From positions 94,488,001 through 94,552,000 of the forward strand of contig OX597817.1 of the NCBI GenBank assembly GCA_951406725.2: a stretch of 64,000 nucleotides of DNA, written 5' to 3'. The translations under genes and the position numbers were made by a program. Below the pieces are notes generated by a model, which was not told the origin of the DNA, ran no database searches, and saw nothing but the letters and a program-made list of their open reading frames with translations. Positions 27,081-40,667 of this stretch are shown in pieces. Source of the stretch: Octopus vulgaris. Lineage: Eukaryota. Within the stretch, counting starts at the first letter, position 1. The number at the start of each line of letters is the position of its first letter.

Positions 27081-29552
27081 GGAGACAGAAATGGACATAT
27101 TTAAGCCTTCATCTGGCTTCCGTAATCCAAATATAGCCTCATAGAAATTTACCGAAACTGTGTAGCTATGTAGTAATCTCTATATTCTTTTTTCTGCCTG
27201 TCTTTCTCCATCTCTACTTCTCTCTCTTTCCTCCCTTCCTTTCACTTTCTCTCTATAACGTCGTTTGATAGCGTCTACTATCTTTCCTTCGCTACCTTCA
27301 ATATTTTTACGCTTTTTAAACCCTTCGTCGTTATTCTCATTCACTCATTAATACTTTCTCTCTCCCCCTCTCTCTCTATCTATATATAGAGAGAAAGATT
27401 CTCATGATTGTGTGATGGTGGTGGTTGTGGCGATGATAATTCTCTCTATGAATGCAGACAGACGTAGAGAGAGAGAGAGTGACAGCGCTTGCGAAGGCGT
27501 GGGAGGAAAGCTAGTAGACGCTATCAAATGACGTTATAGAGAGAAATTGAAAGGAAGGAAGAAAGTAATAATGAGTGAATGAGAATAACGACGAAGGGTT
27601 TAAAAAGCGTAAAAATATTTTCTTTCTCAACTTACTCAAGATCTTTTGTTGGAGAGAGATAGATAGAGAAAACTAGAGAGTAAGAGAAAGCGAGGGAAAG
27701 TCCGGGAGAAATGAAGAGTAAGAGAGTGAGAAAGCGAGACAGAAAGGAGAGAGAAACAAAGAGGGAGAATGCGGTGATAAAAAAAAACAGAAAGGAAGCA
27801 ACAGAAAGTAACAACCACAACGTCACTCGCGCGTAGAGCGGGTCACCTTAAGCTAGTCTCTATATTATAATTCTAAAATGCGAAAAGTTTGTCTGGTTTT
27901 GGCATTGGAACGAGTTAAGGGGCACTAGATGGGGTCGGATTGGCTCCAAAATTTACAGAGACATGTAAAATGAGGTGAGGATGCGAGTGGGCTAGGTTAG
28001 AATTCCCTATGTGTTCCTTGGTGTTTAGGAATTTTCTTTTACATCAAGTTCAAAATTTTACGCCAGCCGTTAAACTGCCACTACGTTGCTGTCCGTCGTT
28101 AAGAAATGCCAGCCATGGTGACTCTACTGTCCTCAGATTGTATCCCTTCAAAATTTGGATTCCAATATTTTCCTATTTTTATTCAGCTCGCAAGTTCGGC
28201 TGTCCCTTTTAAATGTTTAACGGCTGGCGTAAATTTTTGAATTTATATATAACTAGCTGAAGGTGACCCGCTCTACGCGCGGGTAAGAGTGTGGGTGTTA
28301 CTTTCTGTTGCTTCCTTTCAGCACGTAAAAAGCACCATCCGAACGTGGCCGATTGCAGCACCGCCTTGACTTGCTTCTGTGCTGGTGGCACGTAAAAAGC
28401 ACCAACCGATTGTTGCCACTGCGAGCCCCCCTGGCACCAGTGCCGTCGGCACGAAAAAAGCATTCACTACACTCACAGTGTGGTTGGCGTTAGGAAGGTC
28501 ATCCACCTGTAGAAACACTGCCAGATCAGACTGGAGCCTGGTGCAGCCTCCTGGCTTCCGAGACCCGGTCACACTGCCCAACCCGTATTTGTTTCTTTCT
28601 CCTTTCTCTCTCACTTTCCCACTCTCTTACTTTTCTTTTCTCTCTGACTCTCCCTCGCTTTCTCTTACTCTCTATCTTTATCTATCTCTCTCCCATTTAT
28701 AAACAACAGAAGATCTTGAGTAAGTTGAGAAATAAAATATTTAGAAAGATCAATCAGAAATATGAGGCAGTGGCAATGGAAAGGTCTGCTTCAAGGCAGA
28801 CAGCAAAACGCTAACATTCAAAAGGGACAGACGAACTTGCGAGCTGAATAAAAATAATAAAATATTGGAAACCAAAGTTTGAAGGGATAGAATCTGAGGA
28901 TAGTAGAGTCACCATGGCTGGCATTTGTTAACGACGGACAGCAACGTAGTGACAGTTTAACGGCTGGCGTAAAATTTTGAACTTGATGTAAAAGAAAATT
29001 CGTAAACACCAATTTTTGAAGTGATTCTTTCTCACGACAGTAGACTCACCATGGCAAGCATTCAAAACTTCTTTATCATGGACGGCAACACATTGACGAT
29101 TAAAAGGCTGGCGCAAATTTTTTAGCTTGATGCAACAGAGAATTCCTAAACACCCGCTCTTTGAAATTTTAATCCCCTTCCAGCCCCATTTAGACCCCTT
29201 TTCACATTTTGGTTAATATAACCCGATTTCATTCGGGTGTACTGGGGCCACATTTTATAAGATGAGGAATTTTGTCCTAGAGGTGACGCCTTTCATTTGA
29301 GGAACAAAATAGTTGTGATGCAAACTTGTCAGCACCTTTAACATAGGTGTGCATATTTTCAGGTGAATCGACCGACTACGTAATGCACACATATATATAT
29401 GTGTGTGTGCACGCATTATATATACAAATGTATACAAATGAGATATATATCTGTATAAATTAAATTAGAGATAAAACCACTAATAGGCAAATCAAACAGT
29501 GAAAAACCAAAAACAAAAACATAAAAAAAGAAAATATAACATAGAAAATATA

Positions 29553-30570
29553 TCTATATATATAAAACTGTAGTTGTGTGAGTGTCTGTCCCCTTCGATT
29601 TAGATTCCTAACTACTCCCAAATTTTGCGGTGCAGTTTAACCAAATTCGGGTATCTTATAGTCGTGATTCATATCGAGCCCGTCTGGGTATTAGCGCGCG
29701 TCTACGATGAGAGTACGATTTTAAAAATAATTTAACATCATTTTTTATTCCATTTTAATGCATATTTTTTCGTGTGTCGATGGCGGCGGAGTTGGCGTCC
29801 ACGCTCACGCCTGCACCTGTGTTGCTTCTCCCCCTTCTTCACTCCCTCGTGAAGCTGTGGGGAAGGGAATGTAAGGAAATCAACGTCGTAATGCGTTGTG
29901 AAGGAGACCAGCGTTCTTTTAGAACAACGACTTCATGACTTGAAGTCGCCAAAACAGAAATCGCTAAAAAAGCTGAAACAGATCCACAAAAACGGCAAAA
30001 ACCGCTACACAGGGCAGGTTTCCTGTGCAAACAATTTGCACAACCGAATGTTTTAGTTGTTGCACAAATCTTTATATATAAAAGTAAGGTTGTGTGTCTG
30101 TCTCCTACGATTTAGATTCCTAACTACTCCCACATTTTGCGGTGCAGTGTAACCAAAACCGGGTATCTTATAGTCATGATTCATATCGAGCCCTTCTGGG
30201 TATTAGCGCGCGTCTACGATGAGTCTACGATTTTAAAAAAAATTTACCATCATTTTTTATTCCATTTTAATGCATTTTTCGCTATTATATAAGGGAAGTA
30301 ACTCTCTAAAAATGTCTACGATGAGTCAACGATTAAAAAAAAAATTACCATCATTTTTTAATTCCATTTTAATGCATTTTTCGCTATTATATAAGGGAAG
30401 TAACTCTGTAAAAGTGTCTACGATGAGTCAACGATTTAAAAAAGAAATTACTATCATTTTTTATTCCATCTTTAATGCATTTTTTGCTATTTTTTTGGCT
30501 ATAACTCACTAAAACTGCTTATATAGTTATTTCCCTTACAAACCCGAGCAACGCCGGGCGATACTGCTAG
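29553..30570 (+). mobile_element. Complete non-autonomous Helitron with an internal second 5' end (about 30068)
   Basis: A|TCTATATATATAAAA...cccgagcaacgccggg...CTAG|T, no TSD. Confidence 0.85.
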
Positions 30571-30714
30571 TAAAATATAAAATTGAAAACTTTAAATTAT
30601 TTAAATTGAAAATAAAAATTATGAAATTATATTTATAATTTGTTTAAAAATATATATAACTATGAAAAAGTATGAAAAAGTTTAATATACATAAATACAG
30701 ATATATACACTTTG

Positions 30715-30990
30715 TATATATACATTATATATACATATTTATATATAGAACACACACACACACATACATTATATATACATATTTATATATAGAACACACA
30801 CACACACACAAATACATTATATATACATATTTATATATAGAACACACACACACATACATTATATATACATATTTATATATAGAACACACACACACACACA
30901 TACATTATATATACATATTTATATATAGAACACACACACACATACATTATATATACATATATATATAGAACACACACACACACACACACA
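30715..30990. repeat. Minisatellite, unit about 42-46 bp, about 6 copies
   Basis: tacattatatatacatatttatatatagaa(ca)n repeated. Confidence 0.9.
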
Positions 30991-31481
30991 TATAAATGAA
31001 CGCAAGAATATCTGATTCATAATATTTGTTCTCATGCTCGTGTGTTGATTGTTGGTGACAGACATATACTTCAAAGAACGCCGCCGAAGTGATAGGAAGG
31101 TAGGAAACAGAGTCAGTGAAAAAGAAAGGAAATAGCGATAGTGACAGATACTTTAAATAACCGTAGTGGCATTCTAAAAGTTATAAATGAAGAGGAGTGA
31201 CAGAGTACTGGAGGAAATAGGGTGAGGTAGGAAGATGGCCCCTAGAAACCACAGCTTTTAAGATAGGGATTTCTAAGGTAGCCCACGCGCATCGTCACCT
31301 CATTCTACATGTCCCTGTAAATTTTGGAGCGAATCGGACGGGATGTAGTGGCATTGAAAGCGAACCAAGCGGTAAAAACGCATTTCAGTTTTATATATAG
31401 AGATGTGTTTTACTGTCTGCCTGATTTTTATTATTGTTCTTTCTCAACTTACTCAAGATCTTTAAGTTGAGAAATGCACAC

Positions 31482-31541
<60 letters not shown>

Positions 31542-32362
31542 TATATACGCATTATATATATATATGTGAGTATGTGTGTGCGTACGCACTATATATACAA
31601 ATGATATATCTCTATATATAAAACTGAAAAGCGTTTTTACCGCTTGGATAGCTTTCAAGGCCACTACACCCCGTCCGATTAACTCCAAAATTTACAGAGA
31701 CATGTAAAATGAGGTGACGATGCCCGTGGGCTACGTTAGAAATCCCTATCTTAAAAGGTGTCGTTGCTAGGGCCAAAAACCCACTTTGACAAGTCCACTC
31801 CAGTTCTTTAATGTATCTGTCTTCCTCAACTCACTCTCGCTATTTCCTCTCTTCCCAGCACTTTTTCACTCACTCTTTTTCATACATTCCCATTACTTTC
31901 ACTTCCTCAAACGGCCTTCTTTTATGTATCTGTCTGCATTCATAGAGAGAATTATCATCGCCACCGCCATTGCATTCTATTGTCTGCCTTTCAACGCGCC
32001 GACGGAGCAAATACAAACAGAACACACCAACGAGCGTTCGTGTTCTGGTGATAACGTAGGTTTTTCGAATCTATTACATTTTAACATTTATTTAGAACCC
32101 TGCAAATTTTTCGTGCTAAATTTTCATTTTTTACTACTTTATTATTTTTTCTTAAATTGATGCTTTTATTAAAATTAATTCTAATTGTCTGGGTCAACAG
32201 TTAATTTCCTCGGAGGATATGGAAATTCCTATTACCCGTCAGAGAAATAGCTCCAGCAGCTCACAACTATTTCAACAAAGACAAGGTACCTGCTTACCAG
32301 TCGAATTCAGCGTCAACGCTCACGTATGAGAGAGACTCCAACACACACACACACACATATAT

Positions 32363-32421
<59 letters not shown>

Positions 32422-35400
32422 GTGTGCATTATGTGGTCGGTTGAGCTGAAAATATGCACACCTATGTTAAAAGTGCTCGCAAGTTTGCATGACAACTATT
32501 TTTTTCCTCAAATGAAAGGCGTAACTTCTAGGACAAAATTCCTCATCTTATAAAATGTGGCCCCAGTAGACCCAAATGAAATCGGGTTATATTAACCAAA
32601 ATGTGAAAAGGGTCTAAATGGGGCTGGAAGGGGATTAAAATTTAAAGGAGCGGGTGTTTAGGAATTCTCTTTTACTTCAAGCTAAAAAATTTGCGCCAGC
32701 CTTTTAATCGTCAATGTGTTGCCGTCCATGATGAAGAAGTTTTGAATGCTTGCCATGGTGAGTCTACTGTCGTGAGAAAGAATCACTTCAAAACTTGGTG
32801 TTTAGGGATTTTCTTTTACATCAATTTCAAAATTTTACGCCAGCCGTTAAACTGTCAAAACGTTGCTGTCCGTCGTTAAGAAATGCCAGCCATGGTGACT
32901 CTACTATCCTCAGATTGTATCCCTTCAAAATTTGGATTCCAATATTTTCCTATTTTTATTCAACTCGCAAGTTCGTCTGTCCCTTTTAAATGTTAGTGTT
33001 TTGCTGTCTGCCTTGAAGCAGACCTTTCTATTGTTACTGCCTGATATTTATGATTGATCTTTCTAAATATTTTATTTCTCAACTTACTCAAGATCTTTTG
33101 TTGTTTATAAATGGGAGAGAGAGAGATAAAGATAGAGAGTAAGAGAAAGCGAGGGAGAGTCCGAGAGAAAGTAAGAGAGTGGGGAAAGTGAGAGAGAAAG
33201 GAGAGAGAAACAAAGAGGGAGAATCATCATCATCATCATCATCGTTTAACGTCCGTTTTCCGTGCTAGCACGGGTTGGACAGTTTGACCGGGGTTTGGGA
33301 AGCCAGGAGGCTGCACCAGGCTCCAGTCTGATCTGGCAGTGTTTCTACAGATGGAGTTCCTTCCTAACGCCAACCACTCTGTGAGCGAAGTGTGTGCTTT
33401 TTTCGTGCCACCGGCACAGGTGCCAGACGAGGCTGGCAGCGGCCACGATCAGTTGGTGCTTTTTACGTGCCACCGGCACAGAAGCCAGTCAAGGCGGCGC
33501 GGCAATCGGCCACGTTCGGATGGTGCTTTTTACGTGCTGAAAGGAAGCAACAGAAAGTAACAACCACACTCTTACCCGCGCGTAGAGCGGGTCACCTTCA
33601 GCTAGTATATATATATTTATATAAATACAGATACATACACTTTGTATATATACATTATATATACATTATATTACATATTTATATATAGATACAGACACAC
33701 ACACATATATAAATTAACCCAATAAATATCTAATTGATAATATTTGTTCTCATGATTGTGTGGTGGTGGTGGCGATAATAATTCTCTCTATGAATGCAGA
33801 CAGACGTAGAGAGAGAGAGAGAGGATGTGGAAGAAAGAGTGAATGCGGCGGGGGAAAGACAATAAACGCTGTCAAACGTCGTTATAGAGAGAAAGTGAAG
33901 GGAAGGGAGGAAACAGAGAGAGACGGAGGAAGACAGACAGATATGAGAATGAGAGAAGACTTGTGAAAGTGTGCATTTTGCCCTAGTAACCACACCTTTT
34001 AAGATAGGGATTTCTAACCTAGCCCACTCACATCCTCACTTCATTTTACATTTCCCTGTAAAAGTTTGGAGTCAATCCGACGGATTTACTGCCCTTTAAC
34101 CCATTCCGATGCCAAAACCAGACAAACAAACTTTTCGCATTTCAGATTTATAGATATTGATATATATATTATGTGTGCATTATGTGGTCGGTTGAACTGA
34201 AAATATGCACACCTATGTTAAAAATGCCGGCTAGTTTGCATGGCAACTATTTTTTTCCTCAAATGCAAGCCGTAACCTCTAGGACAAAATTCCTCATTTT
34301 TTAAAATGTGGCCCGATTACACCCGAATGAAATCGGCTTATATTAACCATATAAGTAAAACAATGAAAAACTATGCCATTTTAATCCCAAGTAAGGTCGG
34401 GTATCTCTGTATATTTGTGAAAAGGGCAGATGTTGTTAGTAAATATGGTAGGATTCAGTTGAAAATTTGCACACCTATGTTAAAAGTCCTGGCGAGTTTG
34501 CATGGCAATTGAAAGGTGTGGCCTCTAGGGCAAAATTCCTCATCTTTAAAGTGTGGCCCACGTAGACCCGAATGAAATCGAGTTATAATACCGAAAAAAA
34601 TAAAACAATGATAAACTATTTTAATCCCGAGCAAGTCCGGGTTTCTCTGCTATCTATATATATAAAAGAGGCTTTGGGTCAAAATTGTGTGCACGTTTTG
34701 CTACGTCAGAAGTTGGCGACCACACCAGTGGTCAGATCGAGCTGAAAATTGACACAGGCATAGAAGGCGTGATGAGGCAGAGTTGAGTAGGTTAAAACTC
34801 ACCATCTAGAAATATGCGGTTCCTATGGTGAGAAAATTCAAGGGGGCTCTAAGCCCCTCCATATTGGCGCGATTGGCATCTAATCCTATCTATAAAATGA
34901 AGAAGGCGAACGTTGATACAAATTGGATTTTTATCTAAAAAGGGGTCTAAATGGGGCTGAAAGGGGATTCACATTTTCAGGAGGGTGTAACTTGAGGGGG
35001 GAAATTGATTTGGAGACGTTTTGTGGCGCCACAGTGGTTGCTTTGGTGTGAAAATTGGGATTTTATTGATTTTGGGGGACACTTGGTGGTCTAGATTGGA
35101 CACCTTTTGCCCGATTTCAATCAAATTTTCAACATGGTAAAGTGGAAGCGGATTTGTAATTTAAACGCGGAAATCTAATTTTTTTATGAATGGCAGAGAG
35201 ATAGATAGAGAAAGATAAAGAGTAAGAGAAAGCGAGGGAAAGTCCGAAAGGAAGAGTAAGAGAGTGGGAAAATGAGAAAGGATAGAGAAACAAAGAGGGA
35301 GAATGTGGCGATAAGAAACAGAAAGTAACAACCACAACCTCACCCGCGCGTAGAGCGGGTCACCTTAGCTAGTCTTGTCAATATATTAGAAATAAAGAAT

Positions 35401-35699
35401 AGTGTAAGAATTAAAGATTTTTGAAGCAACAGCTGGCCTAATTGTTAGGATCTGAGCTCACTATTTTGGGGTCGGGGATTCAATCTCTGGATTGGGAGGC
35501 GTTTCACGGTACGTTTCCCCCAATCTATTCGCCTGAAAATAACAACCAGCTTAGTCTCGTGCAACCCGATGGCCTTCATATTGTTACATCCTAGACGTTT
35601 TCCTGGATCAAAGGGGGAGAGGGCGAAGAGGGCGTCTATGTCAGCTCACGGCTGTATAAGCACCTACAGCATTTAGCGAAAGCATAGTACATGTTACCA

Positions 35700-37648
35700 G
35701 GCAATGCTCGCTTGCGAGTGATCTTTATTATTTTTTCTTTTTGTTTTTTACATAATCGGATCTGATAAATGTCATCTATTTTATGGTCATTTTACCAGAT
35801 AATTATACCAAGCCGCATAATAACCATTTTCAGTAACAGCTGTTAGCAAATGGTTGAAATAACAGTGTCTATATTTGCAAGTATTTTGTAGCATGTTATT
35901 AAATCTTACATATGAATGCTGAGTTCTCTATGGTTTCTGGTGTTGTATTTTATATTTGAGTTACTTCGTCGATTGTTACTTACTCCAAGAATTGTTCCGA
36001 CATTATTGTTGCTATTGTTGTTGAAATAGGGTTCCATTACCATCCACCTGCTGCCTTTATTATTTCTCCAAAGTTTTGCTTCTTTTGCTAAAGAAGCTAC
36101 ATTGGTTTATAGTTTTGAGCTAATCTGTTTTCGTTTTATCTATAATTATTAACATTTACCATTAATTCCGGATTATTTTCTATTTCACATGGTTCTCTTG
36201 TCTTAGATGCTCCCTGATTGCGGTTATTTTATTATACTTTCTATACTCTGTAGCATTTGTCTTTATATCCTTTCATATTTTATGTGCATGCATTCGTTGC
36301 AACATCATAAATAATAAAGGGATCTGTTCTTTTATATATATATATATTTCTCTGTATATGAGTTGTCTTGCTATTATACGACATTATTTGAAGTGTCCAC
36401 CTCCCCCCCTTTGCAACTCTTGTGCATGGATTAGATCATTAATTGTTGGTAATATTAATACTCACAACTGTTTCCAATATTCCTATAATGACTAAATCTT
36501 ATTTATTTATTTATTTTGTCATTTTATTATTAATTGTATCCGCAGAAATTGTTTCATTTAGTATAATTCTTTACCTACTAACGGCTTCAGATCGCTATCA
36601 CTTCTAATATTCTCAATGATATACCTTTCTGCTATTAAAACCTTAAGTTTAATTGTGTTCTTTTATTATCCTCATTCCATTTTGCTGGTCGATATTTTGT
36701 GAGTATATTGAGATTTGGATTTATACTCGTTTATTATTTCTTTCGTTAGCTTTACATGCACTGTATCTATCCTCTTCCTTTCTGTTTACAATATTCACAA
36801 TTTTAACGTTTATATTTCCATTATTTACGTTTCTTTTGCTTGCTGCTTGCATTTTCTTTTTGTATTCTCTAATTTCCTTGATTTTATTCAATTATAATGT
36901 CTCTTTTGATTTTATGCATATATGTTCTAGTAAATGTGTTAGGATACAAATTTACATCTAAAGTAAGGTAGTTATTTTCTTGCCAGTTTTGTAATGGTAT
37001 ATTGCGATAATCCCGTTTTTGATATCGAGGCTAGCTGCAAAATATGCATGCAATTTAAAAGCATATTCTTCTCAAAACAACATGGGCGTTTTCTGTTTTA
37101 TTAGTGCGTCTAGAGGAATAGATCCAAATTTTTAGGCAGTAGCAATTTATTTATAGATAAATACATAGTGTTTTACCTGTTCCATGTTTCGTACTCTTAT
37201 AAACCAAATCAGTAGGAGTACTGTTTGCTACTGTTTAAGTGTTGTGTAATGGAATTCATAGTCTTCAGGTATGTATTTATCACAATATTAAGATTAATTT
37301 CTTCAAAAGTGTTTGGTATATTTCTGAGTTTTCAATCTTATACTTGTTTACGGCAAGTCCATTGTATCTGTAACATCTTGGTGATATAGTTCCGTTTTTT
37401 AGTAGAATGTATAATCCAACCAAATATGAAATTTCTGTTCCGTCGAAGCTGCTCATGGACCATCCAAAATTTCCTTTCCCTATTTTTTAATCCAGGAGAA
37501 ATTATCATAAACTAATAACGACTTCTTTCATAGCAGTTTCGGATATGTTAGTAGGTTTCAGAATCCAATGAACTGAATTCTACATAATCAAAATAGGAAA
37601 ATCTGCAGTTGGATTTATTTTCTGTATGTTTTAACAGCTTTGTAAGTA

Positions 37649-37705
<57 letters not shown>

Positions 37706-37950
37706 AATTTTACTGTGTTGAGTTAGTTGTGTCTCATCTTTTACTTAAAAGCATTTTAAATATGTTTCCAACTATCATTAGTTCATCTTTTGTCAGACTA
37801 ACCATGAAACCCTTTTGTAGTTCTTTAATGTTATATATGGTTTGAGAACATTAAGACCATGTAAACGCTTTGCTATATTTAAATGTATTGTAATCTTAGA
37901 CATGGCTTTTTTTTGTTTTCGTCCTCTATGCTGCCTGATTGATCGAATAT
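35700..37950 (-). mobile_element. Decayed Penelope-like element
   Basis: MSSFDGTEISYLVGLYIL and YRYNGLAV (37345-37470) resemble PLE RT motifs MGSYDGAEVCELVGLY and YRDDGL; (CTA)n at 37651-37705. Confidence 0.7.
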
Positions 37951-38135
37951 TTCTAAAGCTTAAAGTAACGGTAGAATATATCAACCGAATATATATAGCA
38001 TAAATATAACTATACTCCCCACCATGCAGTAAGTGTGATTTCTCTTGTTTGTTATAAACAATGTGCAAGCATACACGCATATATACATTCACACATACAT
38101 ATGTATGCGCGCGCGCACGCGCGAGTGTGCGTGTA

Positions 38136-38415
38136 AGAAAAATCATGGAACGAATAGTCCGAAGGAAACCAATTGCTTTCTCTCAAGAGAATAACTTGCT
38201 GACTGACACTCAACATGGTTTTCGACCAGGTAGAAGCTGCCTGACACAGCTCTTACCACACTTCGAATGGGTGTTAATGCTTTCTTTAAGCTTTGTAGGA
38301 AGTTTACTACTTGCAAGGGAACTCTGGAAAAGTATCTGAAGTGGTTTCGCTAAAGCCTGCTTTCTTGACTTCAGAAGAATAGCCGGAAAGCCATCGGGAC
38401 CAGTTGCTGAGCTTA
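38136..38415. mobile_element. CR1/L2-like RT fragments in opposite orientations
   Basis: Plus: MERIV...QHGFRPGRSCLTQLL; minus: SATGPDGFPAILLK...AKPLQILFQSSL. Confidence 0.75.
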
Positions 38416-38699
38416 CTTATGAAAGAACATGATCCCGTCAGTGTTTTAATCTTAAACGTTACTATAATGTATGATATGTACTTGTCGTCTTTATAGCTTT
38501 TGTGTTACTGCTAAATGTATGCTCGTTAGTCTATGTAACACATTTCTTCAACTCAGTCTTTGCTAGCTAGCACACACATACATATATTCATATGTGTGTG
38601 TGGGTGGCATCTATGTGTCCGCATGTTTGCGTGTCAATGTATATGCATATGCACTTATACACACACATACGTGCATATGTATATAGATTATGTGTGTAT

Positions 38700-38873
38700 G
38701 TAGGTAGATAGATAGGTAGGTAGATATGTAGGTAGATAGATAGGTAGGTAGGTAGGTAGGTAGGTAGGTAGGTAGGTAGGTAGGTAGGTAGGTAGGTAGG
38801 TAGGTAGGTAGGTAGATAGATGGATAGATGGGTAGTTAGATAGGTAGATAGATAGGTAGATAGTTTGGTACAG

Positions 38874-38939
<66 letters not shown>

Positions 38940-39092
38940 GTAGGTAGGTAGGTAGGTAGGTAGGTAGGTAGGTAGGTAGGTAGGTAGGTAGGTAGGTAGG
39001 TAGGTAGGTAGGTAGGTAGGTAGGTATGTAGCTAGGTAGATAGGTAGATAGGTAGATAATTAGGTAGGTAGATAGCTAGCTAGCTAGCTAGC

Positions 39093-39156
<64 letters not shown>

Positions 39157-39212
39157 CACATACATACATTCATACATACATACATACATACATACATACA
39201 TACATACATACA

Positions 39213-39241
<29 letters not shown>
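38700..39241. repeat. Compound tetranucleotide array TAGG/TAGA/TAGC/TACA
   Basis: Read directly. Confidence 0.95.
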
Positions 39242-39243
<2 letters not shown>

Positions 39244-40496
39244 CAACAAATACGGAGAGTAAATATTTCATAATATCTACAGTTCGTGTAGATATCTTCA
39301 GTTGCTATCAACACGAAGTGTGTGAGAATATTTTCATTGAATCCACTTTCGATTCAGTCCCACAAGAAACATGAAATAGTGACATCATCTGAAAATTTAA
39401 TTCTTTTACAGTGGAATAGTCCAAACTATAAACGTTGTTGTTGTTACTGCAATGGTTGCTGTTGCAACAAATATTGCAATGATGATGATGATAATAATAA
39501 TAAGCAGCTGAAGACACAGAAACACTAATACAACCCAGCAGGACAGCTGAAAAATAACTCTAAAAGACTGGAATATCTACAGTTTCCTGTTGGCATTTTG
39601 AATTTCCCTCAAAATAAGTTAAGGAACTTATATATATCTACTGCTTTCGAACACATAAAGAATCAGCTTTAAAGCCTTTAATATCTACACCTTTTGTGAA
39701 TAACTATCATTTTCCCTTTCCCTCTGAGTATTCGAAAATGTAAACGTCCTCATTATTCCAAGAACACTGTTCGGACAGACAAAAGATTATCTCCAGTAAA
39801 TTTTTAAAAACTTCATATTTACAATTTTCTGTGAAAAAAATAATTTTACCTCCTTTTTCTTTTGGTTCCTTTTTCCCTGAATATTCGAAAATTTAAACAT
39901 CCTTAGTATCTTCAATTTTGTGTGAACACTTTGTCTTCCCTTCTTCCCTGACTAACAGAATATGTAAACATGTCTTTTATTGTAATAATACGTATATATA
40001 TATATATATTATATGTAGAAAAATACAAACTGGGACAGGAACGTAAACATTTAGAAGACGATAGAAAAAACACGGACGGGACATTCGAAGCCTTCAATCT
40101 TCAGTCAAGAACCGGATCATCCTAGCAATTTCGGCTGATTAATCTTGAGATCGCTCCGATCCGGCCAGCCCCAAGGAAAAACTAAGCTACGAGCATTAGA
40201 TTTCTTTGAAGAAGGATCGAATGTATACGAAACAGGGACAGAAAAACGGACGATGCCACACGAATATAAAATACAAAAAACAATAATGGTAAAAACAGGA
40301 CAAAAACAGCGTGTGTCTTACGACTAATAAACAGTACAAGTTTAGCTGGCGAATTTGGAAAAAATGCCTTTATCGGCAGACGAAGACAACGATGTTCTCA
40401 CGGCAGTGGTCGGAGGGCAAAAGGGCTGATTTGACCAGCGGTCATGTGAGGGAAGAGAGAGAAAAGGAGGCAAAGGAAACATATATATATATATAT

Positions 40497-40667
40497 ATAT
40501 ACATACACATAAAAGGGATGACCTGTAAGTGGGCATCTATTATGCTAGAAGATCCGCTATGGTCTTACCAATAAAAAAGGAATTCCTTTCTTAGTGGTAA
40601 GACCATAGCGGATCTTCTTCTAGCATAATGGATGTCCACTTATAGGTCACCCCTTTTATATGTATGT
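40497..40667. repeat. Loopless imperfect palindrome centred on ggaattcc
   Basis: aagatccgctatggtcttacca / tggtaagaccatagcggatctt. Confidence 0.9.

Larger units (their letters stand above)
27180..35372. mobile_element. Nest of non-autonomous Helitrons in direct and inverted orientation
   Basis: 5' TC(TC)TATAT starts at 27857, 29553, 31609, 34653 (+) and near 31402, 34154 (-); 3' hairpin plus CTAG at 27856, 30570, 33605, 35372 (+) and 28253 (-). Confidence 0.8.

Noticed and set aside
30715-30990. Repeat-spacer appearance (also 49309-49410)
   Set aside because: No unique spacers or cas genes in a eukaryotic context; ordinary minisatellites
39300-39400. Possible host exon after a tttcag acceptor on the minus strand
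   Set aside because: Stops in all frames, no recognisable domain and no partner exons
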